From NCBI RefSeq assembly GCF_006345805.1, contig NC_043014.1:12028001-12092000 (forward strand): a stretch of 64,000 nt of DNA, written 5' to 3'. Below, in pieces: positions 23,775 through 37,790 of the stretch. The DNA comes from Octopus sinensis. Its lineage: Eukaryota. The translations under genes and the position numbers were made by a program. The notes under the pieces were generated by a model, which saw only the letters and a list, made by a program, of their open reading frames with translations, searched no databases and was not told where the DNA came from. The number at the start of each line of letters is the position of its first letter. Position 1 is the stretch's first letter.

Positions 23775-24445
23775 TCATACACATACATACGCACATATAT
23801 ATATATATATACTCATATACATGCATGCATGATTGCAGACATACACACACATGTACATAAACACATACATACGCACATATATATATATATATATACTCAT
23901 ATACATGCATGCATGATTGCAGACATACACACACATGTACATAAACACATACATACACACATATATATATATACTCATATACATGCATGCATGATTGCAG
24001 ACATACACACACATGTACATAAACACATACATACGCACATATATATATATATACTCATATACATGCATGCATGATTGCAGACATACACACACATGTACAT
24101 AAACACATACATACACACATATATATATATATATACTCATATACATGCATGCATGATTGCAGACATACACACACATGTACATAAACACATACATACACAC
24201 ATATATATATATATACTCATATACATGCATGCATGATTGCAGACATACACACACATGTACATAAACACATACATACACACATATATATATATATACTCAT
24301 AACTGCATCATGATTGCAGACATACACACACATGTACATAAACACATACATACGCACATATATATATATATATATACTCATATACATGCATGCATGATTG
24401 CAGACATACACACACATGTACATAAACACATACATACACACAAAT
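23775..24445. repeat. Minisatellite, 8 copies of a ~80-bp unit with variable (TA)n
   Basis: gattgcag anchors spaced about 77-84 bp apart. Confidence 0.9.
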
Positions 24446-24449
24446 GCAT

Positions 24450-24888
24450 ACTTGTATATATACATACATGTATACATACATACACACCTTTACTTATATA
24501 AGAACATACATACAAATATAGTTATATACTTACGCATATATACACATAAACATACGCACACATATCTACGTACGTACACACGCACTCAACAATGCTTACA
24601 TACACACATACAGATATATGTATCATATACTACCCACATACATACACACATACAAGCATATACACGAACATACATACACATATACATACATATATACATA
24701 CACAGGCACGCACGCACACACACACATATATACATATATACATTTATACAGACGCACACATACATACATGCATATATACATACACATACATACACTTACA
24801 TACGCACGCACACACAACATACATACATACATTATATATTATATACAAACATACGTACATACACACGCACACATTCACACTTACATAC

Positions 24889-24919
<31 letters not shown>

Positions 24920-25189
24920 TACATACACACACATACGCACGAGCACACAACATACATACACACGCACACATACACACATACATACATGCATACATACATA
25001 CACACCATATATATACATACATACATACATACACACACACATACATACATACATACATACATACATACATACATACATACATACATACATACACACGCAT
25101 ACATACATACATACATACATACATACATACATACATAAATATATACATACATACATACATGCATACACGCATACATACACACATACACA

Positions 25190-25229
<40 letters not shown>

Positions 25230-25230
25230 A
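24450..25230. repeat. Degenerate (CA)n/(CATA)n tract
   Basis: Read directly from the sequence. Confidence 0.9.
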
Positions 25231-26322
25231 CCGCGTGTCCTTATTTGATAGAAGTAGAGGAAATGGATGTCTCCGAAATAGCTGAGATACCACAAGATAT
25301 TTCAATTCGGTGAGTGAAGACTCAATAAATGTCATCCTCGTTGTAGTTGCCGATTATTTAATGATTCTCCTTGATAGCTTTGTTTCCTATTTACTCTCAT
25401 AAAGTGAACAGCAAGTCATCTAAGACCCATATTTAGGGGCTTGGATGACTTGCCTACGATCATAGATACACACACACACCATATATATACGCATTTTCAG
25501 ATATGCGTACACACGCATACATGCGCTTTTACGTACACACACACAGACATATATATACATACATACGTACATACATAAATACATTCATATATACATATAT
25601 ATTACATGCATACATACAAACACACACAACGAATATATTGTGTGTATGTATATGCATATACATATACACATATATATATATATTTATGAATATATATATA
25701 TATATATATAATATATATATATATATATACATATGTATAATATTATATACACTATAGTTGAGTATATGTTATATATATAATAAATATATACATATAATAT
25801 ATACATATATATATATAGCCTATATATATACATTATATATAATATATATAGATACATATATACCTACATATATTATATACATATATATATGAACATATTT
25901 ATATAATATGTATGTATATTTATATATGGATGTAATATATATATATTGAAAAATATACATGGTGTGTTGTGTGTGTTTGTGTATACACAGGAAGAAGTTA
26001 GTGTGACTGGATTACAAGAATTCCTATTCTGTTCCCCACTCACCACTAGGGGAAGAAATCATCGACTTGCTTAAGTTTCAAAACCGTAATCAGGGCCGTA
26101 GATAACCTGGCTTCCTACTCGAGCACTAACTTGAAATTAAATATAGGAAATGATTGTATTGTCTTAGATAGGATGTAGCAAAGCAGAGGTCTATTTCATG
26201 ACTACCGTCCCTGTTTAATACTGCTTACTTTCAGTAAACCCCACGTCTTTTTCTGTTGAGGAAATCTGAAGAGTACATATTTGGCTTCCACGAAATCAGA
26301 AACATCAACCTATACTGTATAG

Positions 26323-26838
26323 GTTCCCTACGAGCTTCGGTGGGAATATAAGTTCACATGTGCTCCCCGGTTACATGCAAACATACTTTGAGATTATGCG
26401 AACCGCAGCAGTTCGTTTTGCCGTCGATTGTCGACCGTCGCAGAGGATTAGCTAAACAAGTCACCGTCGATTATCGGAACAAACTACATCCGGTAGTTGG
26501 GCTTTGGTACGGGAGTTCCAGAGTTTTGAGGAGTGTGGAACCACCTCTTAGGTCTTCTCTTACCCTGGGTAGTAGTCTTGTTCGCAGGTCTTCTCTGACC
26601 CAGAGTAGTAGCACACGTCAGGGTTTCAGCTATGGATTAACTACCATGAGTACAAACCCGCTCAAACTCAGTCTACGTCTGTTCCGATAAATCGGTGATG
26701 ACCTGCTTAGCGAGTCCTCTGCGATAGTCGACATTCGATGGCAAGATTAGCTGCTACGGATCACACAATCCCAAAATATGTTTGCATGTAACCGAGGACC
26801 ATATGTGAACTTGTATCCCCTGAAGCTCGGACACGAAC
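26323..26838. mobile_element. Fold-back element with ~155-bp diverged arms
   Basis: aagttcacatgtgctccccggttacatgcaaacata...tatcggaac vs gttccgata...tatgtttgcatgtaaccgaggaccatatgtgaactt. Confidence 0.75.
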
Positions 26839-26849
26839 TCCAACACCTC

Positions 26850-27087
26850 AACAACGAATGGCGACTGTGAATGACATCAGCGCTATCCACTGCACTTGTT
26901 CTCTTAGTGGAACATTTGTCAAATTTAGAAGCTGGATTCTTGGAGTCCAGGCAGAAGCATTACTTTGCCTGCTGGAACGTTAGGGCCGACTGCCGGATGT
27001 GGTCAACATTCGTGAGGAACGTGATGAACGCGTTGGTCGGACCCGGCTCAATCCACCTTGGGTGAATACCGGCTGCAAGTTCAAGTA
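26850..27087 (+). mobile_element. RTE-like LINE 3' end
   Basis: Ends ccggctcaatccaccttgggtgaataccggctgcaagttcaagta, resembling the (CAAGTA)n tail of RTE elements as recalled. Confidence 0.55.
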
Positions 27088-27091
27088 TATG

Positions 27092-27661
27092 TAGTGGGTT
27101 GTCCGGAAAGTTCGTGCCGATTTTTAAAGGGAAGAAAAAGGTTAATAAATACTTGCCGTTACATTTTTAATCAACCAAATATGAAACATTTTGTTGCACA
27201 ATGCGTCTCCATTTTTCCTTTAACTTGAAAATACCCTCTTCCCAGAATTGAGGTGGCTTCATGCCAAAGAATTCATCAAGGTATCTTTTTACGTCATCCA
27301 AGGAATTGAATTTTTTACCATTAAGACTATTATGCAGAGACCTGAATAAGTAGAAATCCGAAGGAGCAATATCTGGTGAATATGGAGGGTGGGGTAACAC
27401 ATCCCATCCGAGCTGCAGCAATTTTTGTCTGGTTCCCAAAGCATCAAGTACCGAAAATGAACTTTCTTATCTTCCATTTTAAAGGTTTACAGAATTAACA
27501 CAGGTTATAGGAACATAAACCTTCTTCCACGAAAAGATAGCTTAAACTGTGCTCTAAATGGAGGTATAGTCAAATCCTATTTTATAGACTCAACCATGTT
27601 CTAAAATAAGTCGAAAGGTAAGCTACTATAAATCGGCACGAACTTTCCCGACAACCCAATA
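27092..27661 (-). mobile_element. Internally deleted mariner element
   Basis: TIRs tagtgggttgtccggaaagttcgtgccgattt / aaatcggcacgaactttcccgacaacccaata; ORF 27167-27439 with HPPYSPDIAPSDFYLF. Confidence 0.9.
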
Positions 27662-28036
27662 TTTCGGTTCTTTGTGAATAATCTAAAAATATATGCCTAA
27701 GAACAGGAATACTTTGAAAAGCCTTGACCTGGTTACGACATTCTCAAGGAATATAAAATTGGATTTGGATCAGAACAAATGTTCCTACATAATAGCAGAA
27801 ACAAGGGAGAACTTCAAACCCACATATTGAGTTGTCAGATAAATTCGTTCGTTTTTTTTTTACTACTCGGCTCCCTGTAGTCATACGTCTGTAAAAGAGG
27901 TAACACTTATTCAAATTTCAAACGCAATGAATAAAAGTTGTAGAGTAAGAATAGAACTACAAAAAAGGCATAAAACACCATCATAAAAATATTTTTCGTG
28001 TAAATTCAAATAACACTGGAACGGATTAGATTAATA

Positions 28037-28074
<38 letters not shown>

Positions 28075-28098
28075 CGTATATATATATATATATATATA

Positions 28099-28299
28099 CT
28101 CTTTACGCTCTTTACTCTTTTACTTGTTTCAGTGGCCATCCTGGAGCACCGCCTTTAGTCGAGCAAATCGACCCAAGGACTTTTCTTTGTAAGCCTAGTA
28201 CTTATTCTATCGGTCTTTTTTGCTGAACCGCTAAGTTACGGGGACGTAAACACACCAGCATCGGTTGTCAAGTGATGTTGGGGGACAAACACAGGCACA

Positions 28300-28375
<76 letters not shown>

Positions 28376-28543
28376 TACATACATATATACGACGGGCTTT
28401 TTCCAGTTTCCGTCTACCAAATCCACTCACAAGGCTTTGGTCGGCCCGAGGCCATAGTAGAAGACACTTGCCCAAGTAGCCACGCAGTGGGACTGAACCC
28501 GGAGCCACGTGGTTGGTAAGCAAGCTACGTACCACACAGCCGC
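28099..28543 (-). mobile_element. SINE A, full length
   Basis: Reverse complement of the family A consensus. Confidence 0.9.
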
Positions 28544-28546
28544 ACA

Positions 28547-29330
28547 CTAGCTTGAAAGTCGCACTCCGTGCGGACTTTTGATTTTGCTCTTGCGAGAGAG
28601 AGCAATAATAATAAAGCATTTGTTGGTACCCTACCAGATTTCTATCACAGACTATCTCATTTGGAAAATTTTTGCATCACTGTGACATTTTGAGATCAAC
28701 GTAAAGCAGCAGTATAAACAACATTCTTTGTTTTACCATTTGGTGTGAGTATAAAGAGATTGTTGCTATTTCCAGCTCTGAAACAACCAACATAGATCTG
28801 ACCATGCGAAAATCTCTTCTGCATGAGGTGAAGATCGAATATTTTCAGTTATTGTTCTTGACTCTTGACTCTTTGACATCGCAAAACTAACTCTTACTAG
28901 AATTTGAAGTGTCTCGAAACCAAAGGGCATATCTGCTGGAATCAACGGAATACTTGGAATAAACATATTTTCTCCCTTTCCTTGTCCAGTAAGGATTGTT
29001 GTTTCCATAAGATGTGAATGCATTTGCCTGACAATTAGTTGTTCGATTGCAGAGTTTTGGAGGATCCAGATTTCTCAAAAGCATGACTGAAACTTTTTTC
29101 TTCAATGTCTGTTTGTGAGAAAACATTCCAGGAGGATCCAAAGAGCTAAGAAACGCAGTAGAGTAATTCACGGCCCTGTTGGGGTCCAATATCAATTGTA
29201 TTGGTTGATTGCATAAGTTTCCAATTGACAACCGGAACAGTTTCATTCTTTGGTGCAAATATGGCGCTTTCACAAAGTCAGTCATGATCTTGAAAATTAT
29301 GTCCAATGTCTGAGTAAACCTTGATAATCA
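28547..29330 (-). mobile_element. Helitron 3' part with decayed PIF1-type RepHel helicase
   Basis: FLSSLDPPGM..., VMLLRNLDPPKLCN, TILTGQGKGE, IPLIPADMPFGF; 3' hairpin aagtccgcac-gga-gtgcgactt followed by CTAG. Confidence 0.85.
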
Positions 29331-29936
29331 ACTCTTCTACAGTTTTGACCAAAATGTCACAGCCATGTGGAAAAGTGATGTCTCCATTACTATCTTAATG
29401 AGCTGCAAATGTTCCAGCATCCAAATCTCTGAATAAGCTGACTCTGCCGAAAGTCTGAGCCGGTCGGAAGTCCGATCAGACTGAAAGCCCGATCTGTCCG
29501 AAAGTCTAATTTGGTCGGAAGACCGATTTGGGCCTGAGAAGTATGCTTAACTTGCAGTTGTCATTTGTAATAAGAACACGTTCCTCCATAAGTTCAGACT
29601 TCGAAAATGAGTATCGTTTGTTCTTTTTTCAGTGACAATTAATTATGCAAACATTGTTGAAGTAATCTAGTGTGTTGTGATAAAATTTAGAATGTCGTGG
29701 GCTAAACTTTATTTCGTGGAGTTCATCTGCATACATTTAGAATAATGGCATGCAGATGTCCTCAGATGCCTTTAGCGGAGTATACCCTGATGAAATAATT
29801 TGGGCTTAGCTTCCAGCCTATTGCAACCCATGAACCATTGTTTCTTCCTCCCTTTTATCCAGCAGACATGGAGGCTCTGCACAATGGTCTGTTGCACAAA
29901 GAACATAAGCGTCAGTTGTTGTTGTTGTTGTTGTTG

Positions 29937-29971
<35 letters not shown>

Positions 29972-31071
29972 AACATTAAAAAATATTTTATAGTATAATG
30001 CAAAATTTGATTTGCTACATACAATACGAATCCGTTGCCGGGTACGAACCTTCAATCTTTAGGTCATTAGTTCATGAACCTTAGGTATATACAACACAGA
30101 GGCTTAAAGTCAAGTCTAAATAGTACATGAAAACTATTTCATATTGAAAGAGTGAAGACAACGCTTTAGTAAGTTATCTGAAAAGGAAGATAGTTATTAG
30201 AAAATAAGGTTTTGTAAAGTATTTCTAAATAATGTTAAAAATGGAGACAAAGGTATCCTGTTCTGTGATTTTTCTTTCTTTTTCGTTTCATTGTTTCTTT
30301 TGGTAAATAGGAGATATTGTTAAACACCTTTTGATATAGCAATAAAGTGGAATTTTAAAGAGAAAGACACACATTTAATTACAGCTTTCCAAGCCGACGC
30401 AATAAAATAAAATGGTGCTAAAGAGACAGAACTAGAAAGGAAGAGAGTGGACGGAGAAAGAAAAGAAAAAAGAAAAAAGGAAGAGAGAGGAGGGAGAGAG
30501 TGAGAGGAAGGTAAAGAGAATGAGTGGAGAAAAAGAGAGGCAACATGGCGGAAATATCACACACAAAAACCTTTGAATAGCTCCTAACTTGAAAGTTTGC
30601 ACGAGGCAAGCTGTAGAGTTGTGACGTTGAGGGAACACAACCAGATTAATCTGGTAACAAGTCGGGAGATAGGGAAACAAAGAAACGAACCAACAAACAA
30701 ACAAACTACAACAACAACAGTAGATTAGTCTTTTGCAATGAGACCCCTAAAAGATAAATGGTTCCGAGTGTGACGAAATGTGGGTGTAAACATGAATCAC
30801 ATTCACTGTTAACACCCGCGCCACCCGGCACCCCACCACCACCAAACTAACACTCAACAAGAAATTTACGATTTTTAACTGATCCCTTTTTTTTTTAAAG
30901 ACCACGAGCCTTGATTTAATGATTGTCGACAAAGAAACAAAAAAAGATCTTGTTTTATAGTCAGGCCTAGCAAATCTTAAAAGATTATGTTGGTAAATAA
31001 CGAAATAAACCAAATCGAAAAGAGGATAGGTGTGTGTGTGTGTGGTGTGTGTGTGTGTGTGTGTGTGTACG

Positions 31072-31102
<31 letters not shown>

Positions 31103-31894
31103 TGTGTGTGTACGTGTGTGTGTGTGGTGTGTGTGTGTGTGTGTGTGTAATGATTTTTGCAAGAACTTAAAACCTATGCAGTTTTATGACTTGAAGTTAT
31201 TGCTAACTTCAAGAAAAAAGTTGTTTATAGGCCTGAAGAAGAAAATAAAAATAACAACATTCGCTACTTTATGGCAGAACTAGATACAAGCTTTTGAAGG
31301 CGAGTTTACCTACATTTCTAATTTTACTTTTTTTCTTTAAAGAAAAAATTACAACTTGTTAAAAACAGAAACAGCAAAAAAAAAAAACAACAAATAAACA
31401 CGAATAAAAAGCTTTGCCAAAGATCGTCTGCCGCCAATGATTTTTTTCTTTTCGCTTTGTTGCCATTTTTTTTGGTTAATTTGTTATTTCTTTTTTCTTC
31501 ATTTATCGTTTCTAAGCCGATGTTAGTAGTTATTCTTCTATTTTGAGTGGACTTTAGGGTTAATAACAAAATTTAGCTATCGTGTTAGTGGTGTTGAAAA
31601 CTGGCTAAATATATTTCCGCCAATTTCCTTCGCTGTCATCACCAACAGTACTCCTACCCATTTTATCACTATCAACAGAACTACGATTACATAACAGCAA
31701 CGAAATCAACTACGGGACGGAAGTCTCTGCGTAGTCGCTTGATCTGTTAGAAGTAGCAACCAAATATCGTTTTAATCACACCTTATTCTCTTTAAAAGGA
31801 TACTTAAGATTCCATTGGATAATCTAGTATAAGTACGAGATACTTGAATGAAAAGAAAGTGAAGTTCGTTACAGGAATGACCTCTATCGTAGAA

Positions 31895-32483
<589 letters not shown>

Positions 32484-33204
32484 TTCATACACCTAAACTG
32501 ATTAAATTAATCGTACTTTAGGCGAAACAACAATACTAATAATTATTCGATATTAACGGTAGAACTCGAAGTAGATAGAGCTATGAATAATTATTTCTTC
32601 TATAGGTACAAGACGTGGAATTTTAATGGAGCGGGCTAATCAATCATATTGACCCCAGTGCTCAACTTGTACTTAATTTATTGATCCCAAAGGAAAATAA
32701 ATGGCAAAGTTTGAACTCCTAAGAGCCGTAAAACCATATGAAATGCCGCTAAGCAATTTTTCTGGTGTGCTAATGATTCTGCCAGTTCGCCGTTCCTATA
32801 TAAAACTAAAAAAATGGTTTCAAATTTTCAATTGCGGGGGAAAAGGATAATAGATTATATCGACCCCAATAGTCAACTGGTACTCATTTTATCAACCTCC
32901 GAAAGGATGAAATGCTAAACATTGCGTCCAACGTGCAAACAATTCTGCCAGCTCGCCGCTTTGATAAAATATAAAATAATCCTTTATTAAAGGCACAAGG
33001 CCTGAAATGTTGGTGGAGGAGACTAATCGATTGCATCGACCTTGGTGCCTCACTGGTACTTAATCTATCGACTAGAAAGGATGAAAGGCAAAGTCGTCTT
33101 TGGCGGAATTTCATCTCAGAACGTGAAGACTGGTGAAATGCCGCTAAGCATTTTCCCCGGCAATTCTGCCAGCTTACAGCCATGATAAAACTGTAAAGAA
33201 TCCT

Positions 33205-33341
33205 TGGCTGTGTGGTAAATAGCTTTCTTACCGACCACATGGTTCCGGGTTCAGTCCCTTGGGCAAGTGTCTTCTACTATAGCCTCGGGCCGACTAAAGC
33301 TTTGTGAGTGGATTTGGTAACGGAAACTGAAAGAAGCTCGT

Positions 33342-33430
<89 letters not shown>

Positions 33431-33621
33431 ATGTTTGTGTGTCTGTGTTTGTCTCCCAACATCGCTTGACAACCGATGCTGGTGTGTTTACTGGTTCGGC
33501 AAAAGACACCGATAGAATAAGTACTAGGCTTACAAAGAATAAGTCCTGGGGTCGATTTGCTCGACTAAAGGTGGAGCTCCAGCATGGCCACAGTCAAATG
33601 ACTGAAACAAGTAAAAGAGTA
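33205..33621 (+). mobile_element. SINE A
   Basis: Family A consensus with small deletions. Confidence 0.85.
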
Positions 33622-33928
33622 TACCTTTATATTTAAATATCATAAGAGATTGTATTAAAAGAAAATTGTGAAAATACTTCAAGTTTTGGCATAATATCAG
33701 CAAATTCGGAGGAAGTGGGTAAGTCGATTACGTCGACCCAGTATCCAACTGGTACTTATTTTATCGATCCCAAAAGAATGAGGGGTAATGTTGGCCTCGG
33801 AGGAACACACCTGTGTAATAGTAGGTCCCTTTCTTCTTCCTGTTAGCGTCACTTCAAAATCTGAAGACTGCATCCACTTGCTCCACTCCTTCCTCATGAA
33901 TCTTTTAAATGGTGTAACTAGCTGTGAA

Positions 33929-34162
33929 GGCGGCGAGCTGGCAGAAACGTTAGCACGCCGGGCGAAATGCGTAGCCGTATTTCGTCTGCCGTTACGTTCT
34001 GAGTTCAAATTCCGCCGAGGTCGACTTTGCCTTTCATCCTTTGGGGGTCGATAAATTAAGTACCAGTTACACACTTGGGTCGATGTAATCGACTTAATCC
34101 GTTCGTCTGTTCTTGTTTGCCCTCTCTATGTTTAGCCACTTGTGGGTAGTAAAGAAATAGGT
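33929..34162 (+). mobile_element. SINE B monomer with tail 1
   Basis: ggcggcgagctggcagaa...aaagaaataggt. Confidence 0.9.
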
Positions 34163-34339
34163 TGTAACTAGATGTTTATGCCTTCTGAAATTACAGCTAT
34201 CTGAGTTTCCAAGTTTCCTCTTAACATGTTCAGTTCTATAAGCCCGAAACTGTTGCCAAACTAATAAGCCAGGTTTCATTAATAAGCGGAATTTTGACGT
34301 AATAAATACTAATGAAATTATTGTATAGAGTGCTCATGT

Positions 34340-34790
34340 GCACCACAACTTGTCAAAAGTGCATATAAAGCATATGCAGTAATGTACAAATGTCTGGGAA
34401 GTGAACAGTGTATGCGTCAGATACATGCTTGCGTGTGTATGGAGGGGAGAAAATCAAGTATAGTGTTGGCGAATCTCAGGAAGCATGGAAGTTTTGAACG
34501 ATGCAGTGCTCCGACAACTAACAACTGATGCCGGCAGTTTGTTCCATACTTCAGTAACTGGCTAAAATGTTTCTGAAAGTCATAGGAGAAAATCAAGTGT
34601 AGTTTTGGCGAATCACAGGAAGCATGGAAGTTTTGAACGATGCATTGCTCCGACAACTAACAACTGATGCCGGCAGTCTGTTCCATGCTTCACCAACTCT
34701 TAGCGTGAAAAAATGTTTCCGAAAGTTATGGGAGCTGTGCTGTTTTCTGACTTTGTAAATATGTCCACGGGAGTTTGAAAAGGTGCTCAG
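34340..34790 (-). mobile_element. CR1/L2-like LINE 3' remnant with a ~140-bp tandem duplication
   Basis: Minus strand FFTLRVGEAWNRLPASVVSCRS; ~34445-34583 repeated at ~34586-34725. Confidence 0.6.
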
Positions 34791-34879
34791 AGTTATTGTT
34801 AGTAAGATGGTTGATAACTTTATGGGTGACTGCCAAGTCAGCTGCCAGACGTCTGAGTTTCAATGTATCCATGCTCAAG

Positions 34880-35390
34880 GAAATAAGGCGTTCAGAATAT
34901 GGCAAATGCCGAAATTTCTAAAATCTTTAACGCATTGCAGAAGTATGACCAATTTATTGCAGATAAATTTTAACAAAAATATCTTATATAGATCCCCAAT
35001 GGTCATATGGACCACGGTTGGGAATCAAAGCTCTATACAACATAGTCTCCATCACAAACGATGCCACTCTTGAATCTTCTGGTTTGCACAGTTGTACCGT
35101 CTTCTTCACAGCCATTTTAGAATCGTTTGTCACCAGATCAGGGCTGTACGATGGCTGGTGGACCATTGACTGGAGTAATTTGCCGATTGCTTGGTTTGTC
35201 GCCATTGGTATATGTGGTCGTGCATTGTCATGTTGAACGTGGATTGCTTTAAGATTCTTGTCCGGTTTCCTCCTTTTAATAGCTTCTTGGGCATCCCAGC
35301 TTCTAAGGCATCCCAAAGCTTCTTGGGCATCCCAAAGTGCTGTTTTCTGGCTCTGAAATTTCTTAGGTTTTGGAGGAAAAGTATGACGCT
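34880..35390 (-). pseudogene. Mariner transposase remnant
   Basis: HVQHDNARPH and PSYSPDL motifs in ORF 34984-35316. Confidence 0.65.
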
Positions 35391-35417
35391 ATTCCATTCT
35401 ATCTATTCTATCTATCT

Positions 35418-35534
<117 letters not shown>

Positions 35535-35622
35535 TTTCAAAATGCATATATGTACATATGTATGTATATATGTGTGTATGTGGGCGCACGCCTTCACACA
35601 CATACACATACATAAATAAATG

Positions 35623-35653
<31 letters not shown>

Positions 35654-35717
35654 TCATATATATATATGTGTGTGTGTATCAAATGAAGTAAATGAAAAAC
35701 AGGACGCAAAGGATTTT

Positions 35718-35810
35718 GCGGTACATATGTTTCGGGCTTTATTGAACAACTTATTCTTATAACAATGCATAATTGATATAACAGATTGATCAAAAGCCTT
35801 CTTCAGCCGC
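35718..35810 (-). ncRNA. Type I hammerhead ribozyme, long stem II
   Basis: Minus strand: GCGG-CTGAAGA-aggcttt...aaagccc-GAAAC atat GTA-CCGC; stem III acatatgt as at 8528-8613. Confidence 0.8.
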
Positions 35811-35998
35811 GTACAATTGCCACACCAAATCCTTGTATCACATTATAACAGGTTTGAGAAAAAGTTTGAGAAAAAACTGAGTTTCATTGGGAAAGTAAAT
35901 CCTCATAGGCGTACATGGTATTACTAGACTCCAAAACAAATCGTCCATACCGTTTTTTCACTCGATATAGAATGAATACTGGGTATATATATTTATTT

Positions 35999-36078
<80 letters not shown>

Positions 36079-36086
36079 AATCTATT

Positions 36087-36117
<31 letters not shown>

Positions 36118-36131
36118 CTATTTATCTATCA

Positions 36132-36172
<41 letters not shown>

Positions 36173-36174
36173 CC

Positions 36175-36238
36175 GGGAAGGCGGAAGTCACGTCGCGGGT
36201 GATATATATATCACCCGCGACGTGACTTCCGCTTTCCC
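36175..36238. repeat. 64-bp GC-rich palindrome with one G-T, at the start of a pLTR-like remnant (~36175-36720)
   Basis: gggaaggcggaagtcacgtcgcgggtgatata|tatatcacccgcgacgtgacttccgctttccc; partial third copy at 36243-36266. Confidence 0.9.
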
Positions 36239-36801
36239 GTCGTTCACCCGCGACGTCCCTTCCGCTGTTGTCTCTCTCGCCTGGCTCTCTCAAGGTAATG
36301 GACGACATTTCTTTTGGCTCCGCTCGTCGACCATAAAAAATTCTGCGCTTGCAATACTTTTTTTCGTTCGGCGTCAACAGCCCTTCTTATCTTGTTTTTC
36401 CTTGTCTTGTCCTTTACTGTCGTTACTGTCCTGTTTTTACCATTTTTTACCCCTCTGTGAAAAGATCTCAGAATTTTAATTGATTTGCTTTTCGCAGGAA
36501 GGAAAGTTTTCTTGTTGAAGATACGTCTCGCTTTTATCCTTCGAAACGTAGAGTAGATGAAACCTTTAGCGACTGAAGAAGGGTTTTTTTCTTTGTGTTA
36601 ATTGTCCTGTACCCTATTTTTTTTTTTGCTGTTTTTAAATAAATGTCCAGTTCCTTTGGTTTGTGTCTATGTTTTCGTTTCTCATTGTGTTCGACGTCCA
36701 TCTGGTGTCCTGTACTCATATATGCGTGTATATGTACATGTAGAGGTAGGTACGTACATATATGTTTATATATATATGCATATGTTTTATTTTATTTATT
36801 G

Positions 36802-36872
<71 letters not shown>

Positions 36873-37254
36873 CTTTCTGTCTGTCTCTTTCTTTCAAAAT
36901 GCATATATATACATATGTATATATGTGTGTGTGTGTACGTGGGCGCACGCCCTCACACACATACATACACATACATATATACATGCATACATACATACAT
37001 ATACACATATATTCATGCACAATTACACACACACACACATACACGCACACGTAGCTATGAATGTATCACTCTCACCCCCTCTCTCTCCCCCGACCTTCCA
37101 TTCCTTCGTAGGCTGTAAGAGAAAGCAAGGAAATTTCATATTTGTATTAACCGTAACCCAAGCTGAGTATCTAAATACAACTATTATTTCTACTCATTTA
37201 AAAAAAATGTATATATTCTATCTTTCTTGTATTCATTTTTATCTTATTTCGTTT

Positions 37255-37259
37255 ATATA

Positions 37260-37299
<40 letters not shown>

Positions 37300-37344
37300 T
37301 ATTATTATTATTATTATTATTATCATTATTATTATCATTATTAC

Positions 37345-37377
<33 letters not shown>

Positions 37378-37430
37378 CATCATTATTATTATTATTGTTA
37401 TTATTATTATTATTGTTATCATCATCATCA

Positions 37431-37476
<46 letters not shown>

Positions 37477-37488
37477 CATCATCATCAT

Positions 37489-37530
<42 letters not shown>

Positions 37531-37595
37531 AGGTGGTGATAGTAATAGTAGTAGTGGTGGTGGTGGTGGTGGTAGTGGTAATAGTAGTGGTGACG
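37255..37595. repeat. Compound trinucleotide tract (ATT/ATC/AGT/GGT)
   Basis: Read directly from the sequence. Confidence 0.95.
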
Positions 37596-37790
37596 CGCGC
37601 GCGTCTTTGTGTGGGTACCAACTTACAATGATGTCATATAAATAGTATCAGATGAACGGTCTTCAGAATCCAGGTTAGTGAAAGAATGTAAACTCATGGA
37701 CCTTCACATGGGTACAAGACAAACATGCAATCTTACACCCAATAATCATAGTTGTGCATACATTAAAATATACGTACATGCATATTTAGA

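Noticed and set aside
23775-24445. CRISPR-like regular repeat spacing
   Set aside because: Spacers are not unique, the context is eukaryotic and there are no cas genes; this is a minisatellite
26262-26312. ctgaaga...ac-gaaat in a pLTR-like region
   Set aside because: Only a 2-bp stem II and no matching stem I or III
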